In this document: positions 6,993 to 15,487 of the stretch, one piece after another
How the letters are laid out: every line of letters begins with the position of its first letter
Position numbering within the stretch: position 1 is the first letter of the stretch
Source of the DNA: a virus
Lineage: Duplodnaviria; Caudoviricetes
IMG/VR virus record: IMGVR_UViG_3300010398_000448
Coordinates: 1-29,148 of that record
DNA length: 29,148 bases
Strand: one strand, 5' to 3'
The notes under the pieces: model-generated
What the model was told of the DNA's origin: nothing
Seen by the model: the letters and a program-made list of their open reading frames with translations, nothing else
Databases searched by the model: none
Translations under genes and position numbers: made by a program

Positions 6993-7196
6993 ATGAATGA
7001 GAATGATGTACGCTCCACCGAAAAAGAAGGCCAATCGAGCCGCTGGGCCTCGCGGGCTTCAAGGCTGAAGAACCGTAAGAAATTCAAGCCGCCTCCGAAC
7101 GATGATCCTACGAGCCAGGAATCGGTGGAGCGCTCGACTAAAATGTACCCGACACAGAAGCGCTATAGCGGTCCCGTCCGTCAAAAACTTGCATAA
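6993..7196 (+). CDS. Small basic hypothetical protein
   Basis: Stop abuts the portal ATG; no SD. Confidence 0.6.
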   Translation: MNENDVRSTEKEGQSSRWASRASRLKNRKKFKPPPNDDPTSQESVERSTKMYPTQKRYSGPVRQKLA

Positions 7197-10100
7197 ATGC
7201 CGAGGCTCGCGCAACAAAACGTCGATATTGCAACGCCGACGATGGAACGCGGCCCGGAAGAAGAACCCCGCCCCGAACTTCAATTCGACCCCGGCGAAAT
7301 AGCCCCCTATTGGGCCTCCCCCTATCCTGACGCCGAGCTTTCCAAGCAAGCCGAGCTGGAACTGAAGCGGCTCTGCGACATGATTGCAAATATTGACGTG
7401 GCGGCCCGCCGCTGGGAAGTGGAGTCGGCTTGGTACTCAAGGCTTATTCAGAGAGGCTATCAACATCTCTGGCCGCGGCGCGGCGGCGGCTGGATTTATA
7501 TTCCCTTTTCTAGCGACTACAACCGCCAGTCACGGTTCGGCTCGGCGCTGCACGGAAACGAGACGAATATTTATGCTACTTACCAGGAAATCATCTGTGC
7601 CGCTATTACTAGAGACATCCCCCGTGTGCGGTTCAAGCCTGACGACCCTGACAGCGATGTTGACATCACTTTTGCGGATGCTGCCAGTCGGTACGCGAGA
7701 TTATTCGGTCAAATGGTGGACCTTAAACAACTTCACCAACAGTTGGCCTATTACCTTGCGACCGACGGGCGAGCACTTATTGTCACTGACCATATCATTG
7801 ACGCCCAGCGATTTGGACGGGAGCACCCTCAAGAAATCCCCATCGTCCCCGAAACCGAAGCGCAGGAAGTGCCAGTTGCAGCCTACTTGGTCCGCCACGG
7901 TGAAACCGATCTCAACGAAGAAGGCAAAGCACGCGGGCGCACCACGTCTGGCCTGGAAGAAAAAGGAAAGCGCGAGATAGACCATGCCGCCGAATGGCTT
8001 CAAGGAAAAGGCGTACAGCTTATTATTTGCTCGCCCATCGAGCGTTCCCTTGAATCGGCCCAAATCCTTTCTGACAAGCTTCAGATTCCTTTTGAGACCG
8101 ACGACCGTTTAGCCAGCCTTGATATCGGGGAACTCGCTGGCGAAGATAGGCAGGACGTTCAGGCTGCAGTTGAAGAGGGCTTTGAGAATCCTGACGAACC
8201 TATTGATGGCGGGGAGTCGGCGGGAGAATTTCAAAAGCGCGTTGAAGCCGGTGTTATGGACGCCCTCTCTAGGGGTCAACTGGTAGCCATCGTAACACAC
8301 GACTCCGTAATAAGTCAAATCTTCAAAATCTTCGAGGGCGAAGAAATCCCCATGACGCCGGTCGAGCCGGGGGGCATTGCCGCGCTTGAGCCGCAGCCGG
8401 ACGGAACCTTTAAGCCCAACGTGGTGTTTCCTTGCATGAGCGCGGTTCCCGATTCAGGCCGGGACCGTGGGGTGCCGCGGGGACGTGAAACTGCGGCTGT
8501 GTACGGAAAGCTTGAACATAAAGTGCCAATGAATGCCCAGAACCAAGAGGATTGTCTTTGGATTCAGCTTTCCAAGGAGTATGACGTATCTTATGCAAAA
8601 GCGATGGCTCCCGAGAAAGCTGACAGAATTAGAGCGGGTGGATCTATTGCGGGTGAAAATGAGTTGGACCGTATTGCTCGTATTAATGCCGTTCTGGCCC
8701 TCGAAGCTTCTTACGTTACTGGCGATAGCATGGTGCGCGACTGTACTATACAGCGTACTTGGATGCGTCCGGCAATGTTTATGGAGATTCAGAAAAAAGA
8801 AATCCGCGAGGAACTATTCAAGAATTTTCCCGATGGCGTTGAGGTAATCCAGGCCAGCGATATTTTCATCAAAGCCCGCAACTGCCTACTTGATGACCAC
8901 TGCACACTTGTTCATGCATTCCCTGGAACGGGGATGAACCGTCTGGCACTGTGCTCAAAGCTTGAGTCCGTTCAGAAACGCTTGAACAACTGGGTGGAGC
9001 TTCTTGACCAGTTCTTTGTCCGTTGCGTACCGATGCGTTACGCTGACTCGAAGATTTTTGACCTTGAAGCCCTTCGGGACCAACCCGGCGCCCCTGGCGA
9101 TTATATTCCTTTCATTCTGGACATGATTCCACCGCAGCGCGGCGTGCAGGATGTAATCTGGCAAGAGCCATTCCCCGTTCACCAGCCCTCGATGCCGGAC
9201 TTTATCAGGATGTTCACTTATGAACTGCCGCAGCTTGTTTCTCATGCCCTGCCTTCCATATTTGGTGCTCAAGACAATACGGATACTGCAACGGGCGCGG
9301 TCTTGCAACGGGATCAAGCCCTCGGCGTTTTGCTAACTCCTTGGTGGAATATCCAGGTAGCGACGGCTAGCTATTTCAAGCAAGCGGTTCAACTGGCGGC
9401 CCGCTGCCGGCATGAAGCCATTGTTGGCACAGACCGGGCATCCAACCGCATCAAGATTGAGCTTTCGGAACTCAAGGGCAGCATTAATGCCTATCCCGAG
9501 GAAGACGCCAACTTTCCCGAGAGTTGGACACAGAAGCAGCAGCGCTATCAGCAGCTCATTATCGATGGTTCTCAAAATCCGTTCGTAAATAAGTTTCTTG
9601 CGGGTATTTCAAATCTTCGGTTAGCTAAAGACATGGCCGGCTACGATGAATTCAAGATTCCAGAGGCTGACTGCTACGAAAAGCAGATGGGGGAATTCGA
9701 GCTTCTTCTAGCGTCCGGCCCTCTGCCCAACCCTCTGCGAATCGAGGCGGAACAGGCATTGCAGGCCGAAGCCATGAGGATGCAGAATCAGCAGGCGATG
9801 GGGGTTGTGATTCCTCCTGAAGAGATCCAGCAGTTTGCGATGGCGCAGCAACAGCTCCAGCAGATCCCGCCTCTGATTTCGTCGGTTCCGGTCGATCAGG
9901 ATACAGACAACCATGAGGTCGAAGCGCAATCCTGCTTGGACAAATTGAACTCTCCCGAAGGGCGCCGGATGCGGAACGGGACGCAGCAGGAGCAAATGGG
10001 ATTTCAGAACTTAAAACTTCATTTCAAGGAGCACCAAGTCCTGATTCAGCCAAAAGACGGAATGCCAAAGCCGCCGAGTATCAGCGCAAATTACAAGGAT

Positions 10101-10232
10101 CTTCCGCCCGATGCCGCGGCGCAATTTCTGAACAAGGCCGGCCTTCCGGCAAGGGGGCAGGATGTTGTCCAGACGCGCGAGTACCAGGCCGAGCTTAAAA
10201 AAGAAAGCAAAGTCTCACCCACAGGAGGCTAA
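7197..10232 (+). CDS. Portal protein (P22-like) with an inserted histidine phosphatase domain (approx. aa 227-411)
   Basis: Lies between terL and scaffold/capsid; portal-type segments ETNIY..P.VRF.P....D...A.AA and DTATG; insert has LVRHGET..N, SPIERS.ESA, GGES..EF..RV, IVTH. Confidence 0.85.
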   Translation: MPRLAQQNVDIATPTMERGPEEEPRPELQFDPGEIAPYWASPYPDAELSKQAELELKRLCDMIANIDVAARRWEVESAWYSRLIQRGYQHLWPRRGGGWIYIPFSSDYNRQSRFGSALHGNETNIYATYQEIICAAITRDIPRVRFKPDDPDSDVDITFADAASRYARLFGQMVDLKQLHQQLAYYLATDGRALIVTDHIIDAQRFGREHPQEIPIVPETEAQEVPVAAYLVRHGETDLNEEGKARGRTTSGLEEKGKREIDHAAEWLQGKGVQLIICSPIERSLESAQILSDKLQIPFETDDRLASLDIGELAGEDRQDVQAAVEEGFENPDEPIDGGESAGEFQKRVEAGVMDALSRGQLVAIVTHDSVISQIFKIFEGEEIPMTPVEPGGIAALEPQPDGTFKPNVVFPCMSAVPDSGRDRGVPRGRETAAVYGKLEHKVPMNAQNQEDCLWIQLSKEYDVSYAKAMAPEKADRIRAGGSIAGENELDRIARINAVLALEASYVTGDSMVRDCTIQRTWMRPAMFMEIQKKEIREELFKNFPDGVEVIQASDIFIKARNCLLDDHCTLVHAFPGTGMNRLALCSKLESVQKRLNNWVELLDQFFVRCVPMRYADSKIFDLEALRDQPGAPGDYIPFILDMIPPQRGVQDVIWQEPFPVHQPSMPDFIRMFTYELPQLVSHALPSIFGAQDNTDTATGAVLQRDQALGVLLTPWWNIQVATASYFKQAVQLAARCRHEAIVGTDRASNRIKIELSELKGSINAYPEEDANFPESWTQKQQRYQQLIIDGSQNPFVNKFLAGISNLRLAKDMAGYDEFKIPEADCYEKQMGEFELLLASGPLPNPLRIEAEQALQAEAMRMQNQQAMGVVIPPEEIQQFAMAQQQLQQIPPLISSVPVDQDTDNHEVEAQSCLDKLNSPEGRRMRNGTQQEQMGFQNLKLHFKEHQVLIQPKDGMPKPPSISANYKDLPPDAAAQFLNKAGLPARGQDVVQTREYQAELKKESKVSPTGG

Positions 10233-10236
10233 AAAG

Positions 10237-10437
10237 ATGGGATTCAGCGAAGGTGATGTTATCAGCCGCGAAGACCCCGTATCCAAGACTGAACTTGTAA
10301 AACTTCTTGAAACCGACGAGGAAAATAACATGCAATTTTGGGAAGTTAAAGATCCAGAGACCGGAACAAAGTTCGTCGCCTGGATCAAGGAGTCAGACTG
10401 GAAGAAAGAAAGCCACCACAGAAAATGGAAGGAGTGA
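10237..10437 (+). CDS. Small hypothetical protein (MGFSEGDVIS..), SH3-like beta pattern
   Basis: SD AGGAGG before ATG 10237. Confidence 0.7.
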   Translation: MGFSEGDVISREDPVSKTELVKLLETDEENNMQFWEVKDPETGTKFVAWIKESDWKKESHHRKWKE

Positions 10438-10438
10438 A

Positions 10439-10675
10439 TTGAGAGTTGATTGGAATTTGGAAAACGCCGGCCGCAGTGGGAAAGAATGGATGGCTTGGGC
10501 TATGGGTCCGAGATTTGTTAATGACATAATCTGGATTTCATATGTGGCCCGAATTACCTCGGACCTCTGTAAAGCCCAAAAGGGAAATGGTTCACGCCTG
10601 AGAAGGAAAGAGATAAGGTCATTGTTCAAGAAAAGTTTTAGGGCGAGTCATTTTAGGGAGTACCAGGAGATTTAA
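10439..10675 (+). CDS. Hypothetical protein, start uncertain (TTG 10439)
   Basis: AAGGAG upstream; fills the gap to the scaffold gene; AT-richer. Confidence 0.45.
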   Translation: MRVDWNLENAGRSGKEWMAWAMGPRFVNDIIWISYVARITSDLCKAQKGNGSRLRRKEIRSLFKKSFRASHFREYQEI

Positions 10676-10678
10676 TCC

Positions 10679-12016
10679 ATGGGCGCAGATTTAGGTTTGA
10701 TCGGCAGCGAGCTGGAATCTCAGATCGCGACTCAGCAGGTGGAGACGCCCGAGCCGGAACCTGAGCCGGTAGAACAACCCGTCGAAGCTCCGGTTGAGGA
10801 ACCGCCGCAAGAATCGGAAATTCCCGAGGAAGAGGCCCCGGAGGGGGAAGCACCCCGGCCGTCGTCGGCTCCAAAGGAGGTATTGCCCCAGGAACTTGCA
10901 AAATCTTTGCGAGAATTTCGTGAGGCACACCCTGAACATGCGAAGGCAGTTAGAAAGATTCAAAATGACTTCTATGGGATGCGGCAAGTTACCAATGAAT
11001 TTCCGGGTGGAATAGATGAAATCCGTACTGTGAAATCAACTCTTGATGCTCTCGGGGGCTCGGAAGGAATAAGCCGAATGCGGGCTGAGATCCAAGCGAG
11101 TCGCGAACTTGATTCCTTGGCACAGGAAGGCGACCCGCGAGCGATTCACAGCCTTGCTGATGAGTACCCGGAAGGATTCAAGCGGCTTGTTCCTGCCGCC
11201 CTGGAACGGCTGCAAAATATGGATCGGCAAACTTACGCTGACACCCTGCGTGGTCCGATCCTGCAATCGCTCGAAGGTGATGGAGTTATTCAGACTCTCG
11301 GTGCGGCCATTGAGGAATTAAAAGCCGGTAATGCCGACCGGGCATCAAGAGAACTGGATCGGATTGCCGCTTGGTATCGGGACATCAAGCAGAAGGAAAC
11401 CGACTTTCGGAACCGTTGGCAAGACCCTCGGCTACAAGACCTCCAGAAGCGCGAGCAGTCGGTGCGCCAGCAGCAGGCCGATATGATGCTTCAACACGCT
11501 CGGAGGGAGGTTTCAGCCTATCTTTCGCAGTCACTTGACCCTGTGGTTCGCCAATTGACCCAAGGATCCAGGCTCTCGGCCGATGGAATCGCGGACCTCA
11601 AGAGAAGCATAACTTACGAGGTTTGGGATAATCTCGGCAAGAACGATTTTTACATGAAGGAAACGGCGGCGCTTTTGAAGCAAGGGGATTTGGACAGGGT
11701 GATTTCCTTTGCCAAGCCGCAGATTGACCAAGCCCGCAAGGCGGTTGCCCCGAAGGTATGGGCGCGGCGCTACGGTGCTCCAGCGCAACAACGGCGCCCT
11801 GCTCCTGGTGCTAGCACCCAGCCTAATGGACAGTCGAACGGCCAGAACCCCGCTAACCGCCCGATGGCTCAACAGACAATGCCAGCGGTCCCGATACAAA
11901 AAGCCCCTCCTGGGGAGGAGATAGATTGGAATGCCGACCCGACCAGAGTGCATTATATTAAGGGTGAAGCCCGGCTGAAGAACGGAAAATTCGTGCGCTG
12001 GAAGGTTGGAGGGTGA
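10679..12016 (+). CDS. Putative capsid scaffolding protein
   Basis: E/P-rich disordered N-terminus, helical middle, P/Q-rich linker; lies between portal and capsid. Confidence 0.7.
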   Translation: MGADLGLIGSELESQIATQQVETPEPEPEPVEQPVEAPVEEPPQESEIPEEEAPEGEAPRPSSAPKEVLPQELAKSLREFREAHPEHAKAVRKIQNDFYGMRQVTNEFPGGIDEIRTVKSTLDALGGSEGISRMRAEIQASRELDSLAQEGDPRAIHSLADEYPEGFKRLVPAALERLQNMDRQTYADTLRGPILQSLEGDGVIQTLGAAIEELKAGNADRASRELDRIAAWYRDIKQKETDFRNRWQDPRLQDLQKREQSVRQQQADMMLQHARREVSAYLSQSLDPVVRQLTQGSRLSADGIADLKRSITYEVWDNLGKNDFYMKETAALLKQGDLDRVISFAKPQIDQARKAVAPKVWARRYGAPAQQRRPAPGASTQPNGQSNGQNPANRPMAQQTMPAVPIQKAPPGEEIDWNADPTRVHYIKGEARLKNGKFVRWKVGG

Positions 12017-12017
12017 A

Positions 12018-12209
12018 ATGGTTATCCCACTGGGTTGGATTATTGTTGTTCTCTTGATCGCCGGTCTTGCCCTCTGGGTTCTTGGTCAAATTCCTTGGAT
12101 TGACGCCAGCATGAAGCAGGTTATAAGAATTGTGATTATTGTCGTGGTGGTCTTGTGGCTAATTAGCATTTTTGTCCCCGGTGCATGGACGATAAGAATT
12201 TCCCGCTAA
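12018..12209 (+). CDS. Small two-TM membrane protein (Thivi_2564-like; possible holin)
   Basis: Two hydrophobic helices with LW..IP.....K.VI.IV...VV.LWL; SD GGAGG. Confidence 0.7.
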   Translation: MVIPLGWIIVVLLIAGLALWVLGQIPWIDASMKQVIRIVIIVVVVLWLISIFVPGAWTIRISR

Positions 12210-12214
12210 AATCC

Positions 12215-12243
12215 TTGACTTTCCTTCCCCGATAGGCTAATTC
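12215..12243 (+). promoter_or_regulatory. Possible capsid-operon promoter TTGACT-17-TAATTC
   Basis: -35 match and spacing; -10 imperfect. Confidence 0.45.
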
Positions 12244-12251
12244 TTCCAATC

Positions 12252-12357
12252 GGACTGGAACGAGGGTTACGGCCCTTTAAAACCGTCCAAGCGTTCCGGT
12301 TCTAATCCGTCCTGCGCAACCTAAGCTGAGCGAGCTTCCAAAACTACGCTGCGGACG
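12252..12357 (+). ncRNA. Structured 5' leader of the capsid gene with an H-type pseudoknot (candidate cis-regulatory RNA)
   Basis: GGACTGGAACG/CGTTCCGGTTC stem enclosing AGGG/CCCT plus ACGG/CCGT; second domain CGTCC/GGACG enclosing AAGCT/AGCTT. Confidence 0.5.
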
Positions 12358-12379
12358 AGTAAAATTGAGGTGTTTATGA

Positions 12380-13723
12380 ATGCCAGCATCATTTTCTCCT
12401 CTGCTTGAAGCCTCTGTTCAATCTATCGAGCTCGAAGCTTTTTCAAAGCAGATCCCAGATTTAGTTCCTCATTCTGAAACCCTATACGGTCGCTTCAAAA
12501 AGAACGCGACCACAATCCCTGTCTCCAACGTAACCGCTGCCGGAGGCATTACCCGGCCTTCCTTCCGCGTGCCGTTCCGCGCCCAAGCAGGTGCGGGAAT
12601 AAGCCAAGGAACCGGAAATGCCGATTCGCTCTTTCGCGGGTCGGGCAGCCAATGGGCAGCCTTTGCGCTTTCCCCAATTTTCACCTTCAACGTCTGCGAA
12701 ATATCGTTCCTCGCTCGCATAGCCACTGAAGGCCGGAAAAGGGGCTTATTCAACGTCCAAGCCCAGGAACTCGCCAATACGTTCCAGCAGGCGATGCAGC
12801 AGCTTGAGGCTCTATGCCAGCAGGACGGTAGCGGGGCGCTCGACCAGATCCCGTCTACAGCTACGGTAAACAACGGTACTGGCGGCGCCGGTCCATCTTT
12901 CTCCTCAATCGTCGGACTGAACAACGCCTTCCAGTTTGCCGACCAACAAACTGTTCAGGTGTTCTCGGCGGTAGGCGGAACCAACCGTGGATCTTTCACT
13001 ATTACTTACACCGATCCGGTGACTCAGACTATCTATAGCTCCCAGGCTCTTCCGGCCGGGACCACTACCGGGGATTTTCTGATTGTCAACGGAGCTCCGG
13101 GATCCGCCGGCGGGTCGATCCTCGGCCTGCGGGCGTGGCAGATTAACTCCAACACCGGAACTCTGGCGGGCATTCCCCGGGCGAATTTCCCCAGCCGCCT
13201 TTCAACTCCAACCATCAACCTTGCGGGGGCGTCAATCTCCAACTCAACTAGTTGGCGTGCAAACGTCCTGCTCGGACGAGCGATGGGGCCCGAGAACCCT
13301 ATTTTCCGCAACGTCTGCTGGTACTGTGGCCCTGACCAGGCCTTTCAAATCGGCAACCTCTATCTGAACGTGCTTGCGGCCCGCATGAACGACGGCAAGG
13401 AAATTAGGGGTAATGCTCCTGACATGACCCCGAAGGGCTGGCCGGTTACTTGGGGAAGTTATGAACTGATTGTCGGCTACAACGCCCTTCCGGGACGCTT
13501 AGACCTGTTTACCTTTGATACCTGGTACATAGGTGAACTCCTCCCTTTGGAGCTATACGACTTCGGGGGTGGAATCACGGTCGCGCCGGTACCCGACATA
13601 CCGACTAGCGGTGGAACATACCTTACATCAAGTATGTTTGTTTATACGGCTGCCTTTAATTTGGCTAACTCTGCGCCTCGTGCCGGGTGTTATGTCAGCA
13701 ACGCTTCACAGCCAACATTGTAG
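12380..13723 (+). CDS. Major capsid protein (putative)
   Basis: 447 aa, directly after the scaffold; SD GAGGTG; DGSG, ILGL..W, C-terminal NSAPRAG motifs typical of this type of coat protein. Confidence 0.8.
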   Translation: MPASFSPLLEASVQSIELEAFSKQIPDLVPHSETLYGRFKKNATTIPVSNVTAAGGITRPSFRVPFRAQAGAGISQGTGNADSLFRGSGSQWAAFALSPIFTFNVCEISFLARIATEGRKRGLFNVQAQELANTFQQAMQQLEALCQQDGSGALDQIPSTATVNNGTGGAGPSFSSIVGLNNAFQFADQQTVQVFSAVGGTNRGSFTITYTDPVTQTIYSSQALPAGTTTGDFLIVNGAPGSAGGSILGLRAWQINSNTGTLAGIPRANFPSRLSTPTINLAGASISNSTSWRANVLLGRAMGPENPIFRNVCWYCGPDQAFQIGNLYLNVLAARMNDGKEIRGNAPDMTPKGWPVTWGSYELIVGYNALPGRLDLFTFDTWYIGELLPLELYDFGGGITVAPVPDIPTSGGTYLTSSMFVYTAAFNLANSAPRAGCYVSNASQPTL

Positions 13724-13724
13724 G

Positions 13725-14369
13725 TTGGAGTTGATTGAAACTCCGAAACACTACCGTGATTTTCTTGCCAAGTACGGGGGCCTGAATCCCCTAGGGGAAC
13801 CGGCATTCCTGCTTCACTGGGGCTCGGACCCTATCCGGCGAGTGGGCCTCGCGGAGCAGTATTTAATGCCGTTCCCTTTCATGGCCCCCTACATTGGCTG
13901 CTGGGTGTTAGCTGAGTGGAATCCGCCCGAAGAATTTGGGCATCCCGATACTTGGGATGATTATCCTTTCAATGTTTCACGTGGAGCATATCTGCCGGTT
14001 CAGATTTTCCGCGAGGAAGGCAAGCCGGTAATGCTCGATTCACAATGGCTTAACCTCAATGTGTTAGGTCTATGGCTGAAAGTGATTCTGAATCACAAGT
14101 ACGATTCGATGCAGAAGCGCCGGACTACCATAGAAACCGAGCATGAGCAGAAAGAACTCGCAAAAATGAAAGGACTTGTTGACCAGATTGAAGACGGTGC
14201 CCCCGCGTTTCTTGAAGCGGCGTCATTTCACGGCCAGCAGAATTGCAACACAGTCGTTAAGCAGAAGATGGAAAAGCTTGAACAGATGATGCCCCAGCTC
14301 AGAAGTGTTTCCCGGCGCTGGCCTCGGGGCATGACTACAGTCCAGCCTAAAGGAGAGTTATGGCAGTAA
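13725..14369 (+). CDS. Hypothetical protein (MELIETPKH..GGLNPLGEP.F...W), true start likely TTG 13725 or 13731
   Basis: Starts directly after the capsid stop; the upstream extension overlaps the capsid gene and looks spurious. Confidence 0.7.
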   Translation: MELIETPKHYRDFLAKYGGLNPLGEPAFLLHWGSDPIRRVGLAEQYLMPFPFMAPYIGCWVLAEWNPPEEFGHPDTWDDYPFNVSRGAYLPVQIFREEGKPVMLDSQWLNLNVLGLWLKVILNHKYDSMQKRRTTIETEHEQKELAKMKGLVDQIEDGAPAFLEAASFHGQQNCNTVVKQKMEKLEQMMPQLRSVSRRWPRGMTTVQPKGELWQ

Positions 14370-15202
14370 CCACAGAACAGCAAGCACAGGTGTTGAACCA
14401 AGTAAGGCCGTTCGTTGAGGAGATGGCCCGTGACTCAGCTTTAATGAGTCAAGCTGTTCAGGCGTTTGGATTCGATGTTAATTTGCAGCGCACGCCAGCT
14501 TACTGGGTCTATATCTACAATATTTCCCCTGTTGAGCATATCCGCCACCGGCCCCCGCAGTATTCAGCAATAAAAATTGCGGCTTGTCCTCCCGATAAGG
14601 AATACATCAGGGCACTCCCGATACCGGATACGGTTAACCATAGATGGCCGAATCCTGATACCGGGCAACTTACCTATTACGGTGAACGTGGCGAGCGCTT
14701 TGCTACTGATCTTATCAATCCGTCAAATCTGAGCAATGATATGTGGGCCGAGATTAACCCTGAGAATCAATGGATAGATGGAGGTACTGATGATCTTTCC
14801 AAGCGCGGGGTTTTTTGGAGCCGGAACGATGTTCCCACCAAAGAAGAATTAAAGAGATCTAAGACTAAGATGGAAAGGTATTATCGGGAGCTCTTCCAGC
14901 GGGCTGAGGATCTTGCCCGTTCCGGCAAGTCTGCCGAGATCGGCAGGGAACACCACATTGCTGCCGATTACCTACATATGGGTAGCTCGTGGCATGTGGT
15001 AACGGCGGTCCCCGAGGCGTGCCCCAACTGTGGCGAACCGATCAAGCCGGGGATTGCTTATCACCCCTCGGCGGTCGGGGGAATTTGCATCCTTGACTGG
15101 AAGCGGACGTGTGCCGCCGGCCTAAAAACAAAAGCTGACGTGCCAGAGGAATCCCGGTGGTGGACTGAGCCTCCCAAACCTGAGATTCCGAAAGGCAAAT
15201 AG
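14360..15202 (+). CDS. Hypothetical protein with C-terminal zinc ribbon (CPNCG..H....C)
   Basis: SD AGGAG; operon coupling. Confidence 0.75.
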   Translation: MAVTTEQQAQVLNQVRPFVEEMARDSALMSQAVQAFGFDVNLQRTPAYWVYIYNISPVEHIRHRPPQYSAIKIAACPPDKEYIRALPIPDTVNHRWPNPDTGQLTYYGERGERFATDLINPSNLSNDMWAEINPENQWIDGGTDDLSKRGVFWSRNDVPTKEELKRSKTKMERYYRELFQRAEDLARSGKSAEIGREHHIAADYLHMGSSWHVVTAVPEACPNCGEPIKPGIAYHPSAVGGICILDWKRTCAAGLKTKADVPEESRWWTEPPKPEIPKGK

Positions 15203-15486
15203 TGGCCTTCCTGCCGTACTCGAATCAGGTAGTTGTCAACTCCCAAGGTGCGAAAGTGGGAGGACTAGCTATCGTTTCCATAGGAACCGCAAATTCGACC
15301 GGGAACCCGCCGTTCCCTTTGGCACCAATCTATTCCAACGCTTCGGGAACGCCACTGAATAATCCGTTCTTTGCGGACCAAGATGGAAACTACACTTTCT
15401 ATGCGGCACCGGGGGTTTACAAGGTTTCGATCCAGTTTCTAACTTCTTCTTTCTTGCTGCCGATAACTCTCGGTCAAGGGTTCTAA
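15202..15486 (+). CDS. Stand-alone head-binding-like module protein
   Basis: PLAPIY...G....NPF.ADQDGNYTFYAAPG.Y motif like tailspike N-terminal attachment domains. Confidence 0.7.
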   Translation: MAFLPYSNQVVVNSQGAKVGGLAIVSIGTANSTGNPPFPLAPIYSNASGTPLNNPFFADQDGNYTFYAAPGVYKVSIQFLTSSFLLPITLGQGF

Positions 15487-15487
15487 A

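Noticed and set aside
7875-8432. Intein explanation for the portal insertion
   Set aside because: No C/S-start block A, no His-Asn C-terminus and no LAGLIDADG; the motifs are those of a histidine phosphatase.
13533-13723. Programmed frameshift giving an extended capsid protein
   Set aside because: The +1 frame is open for about 190 nt, but no convincing slippery site was seen and a TTG start follows the capsid stop directly.
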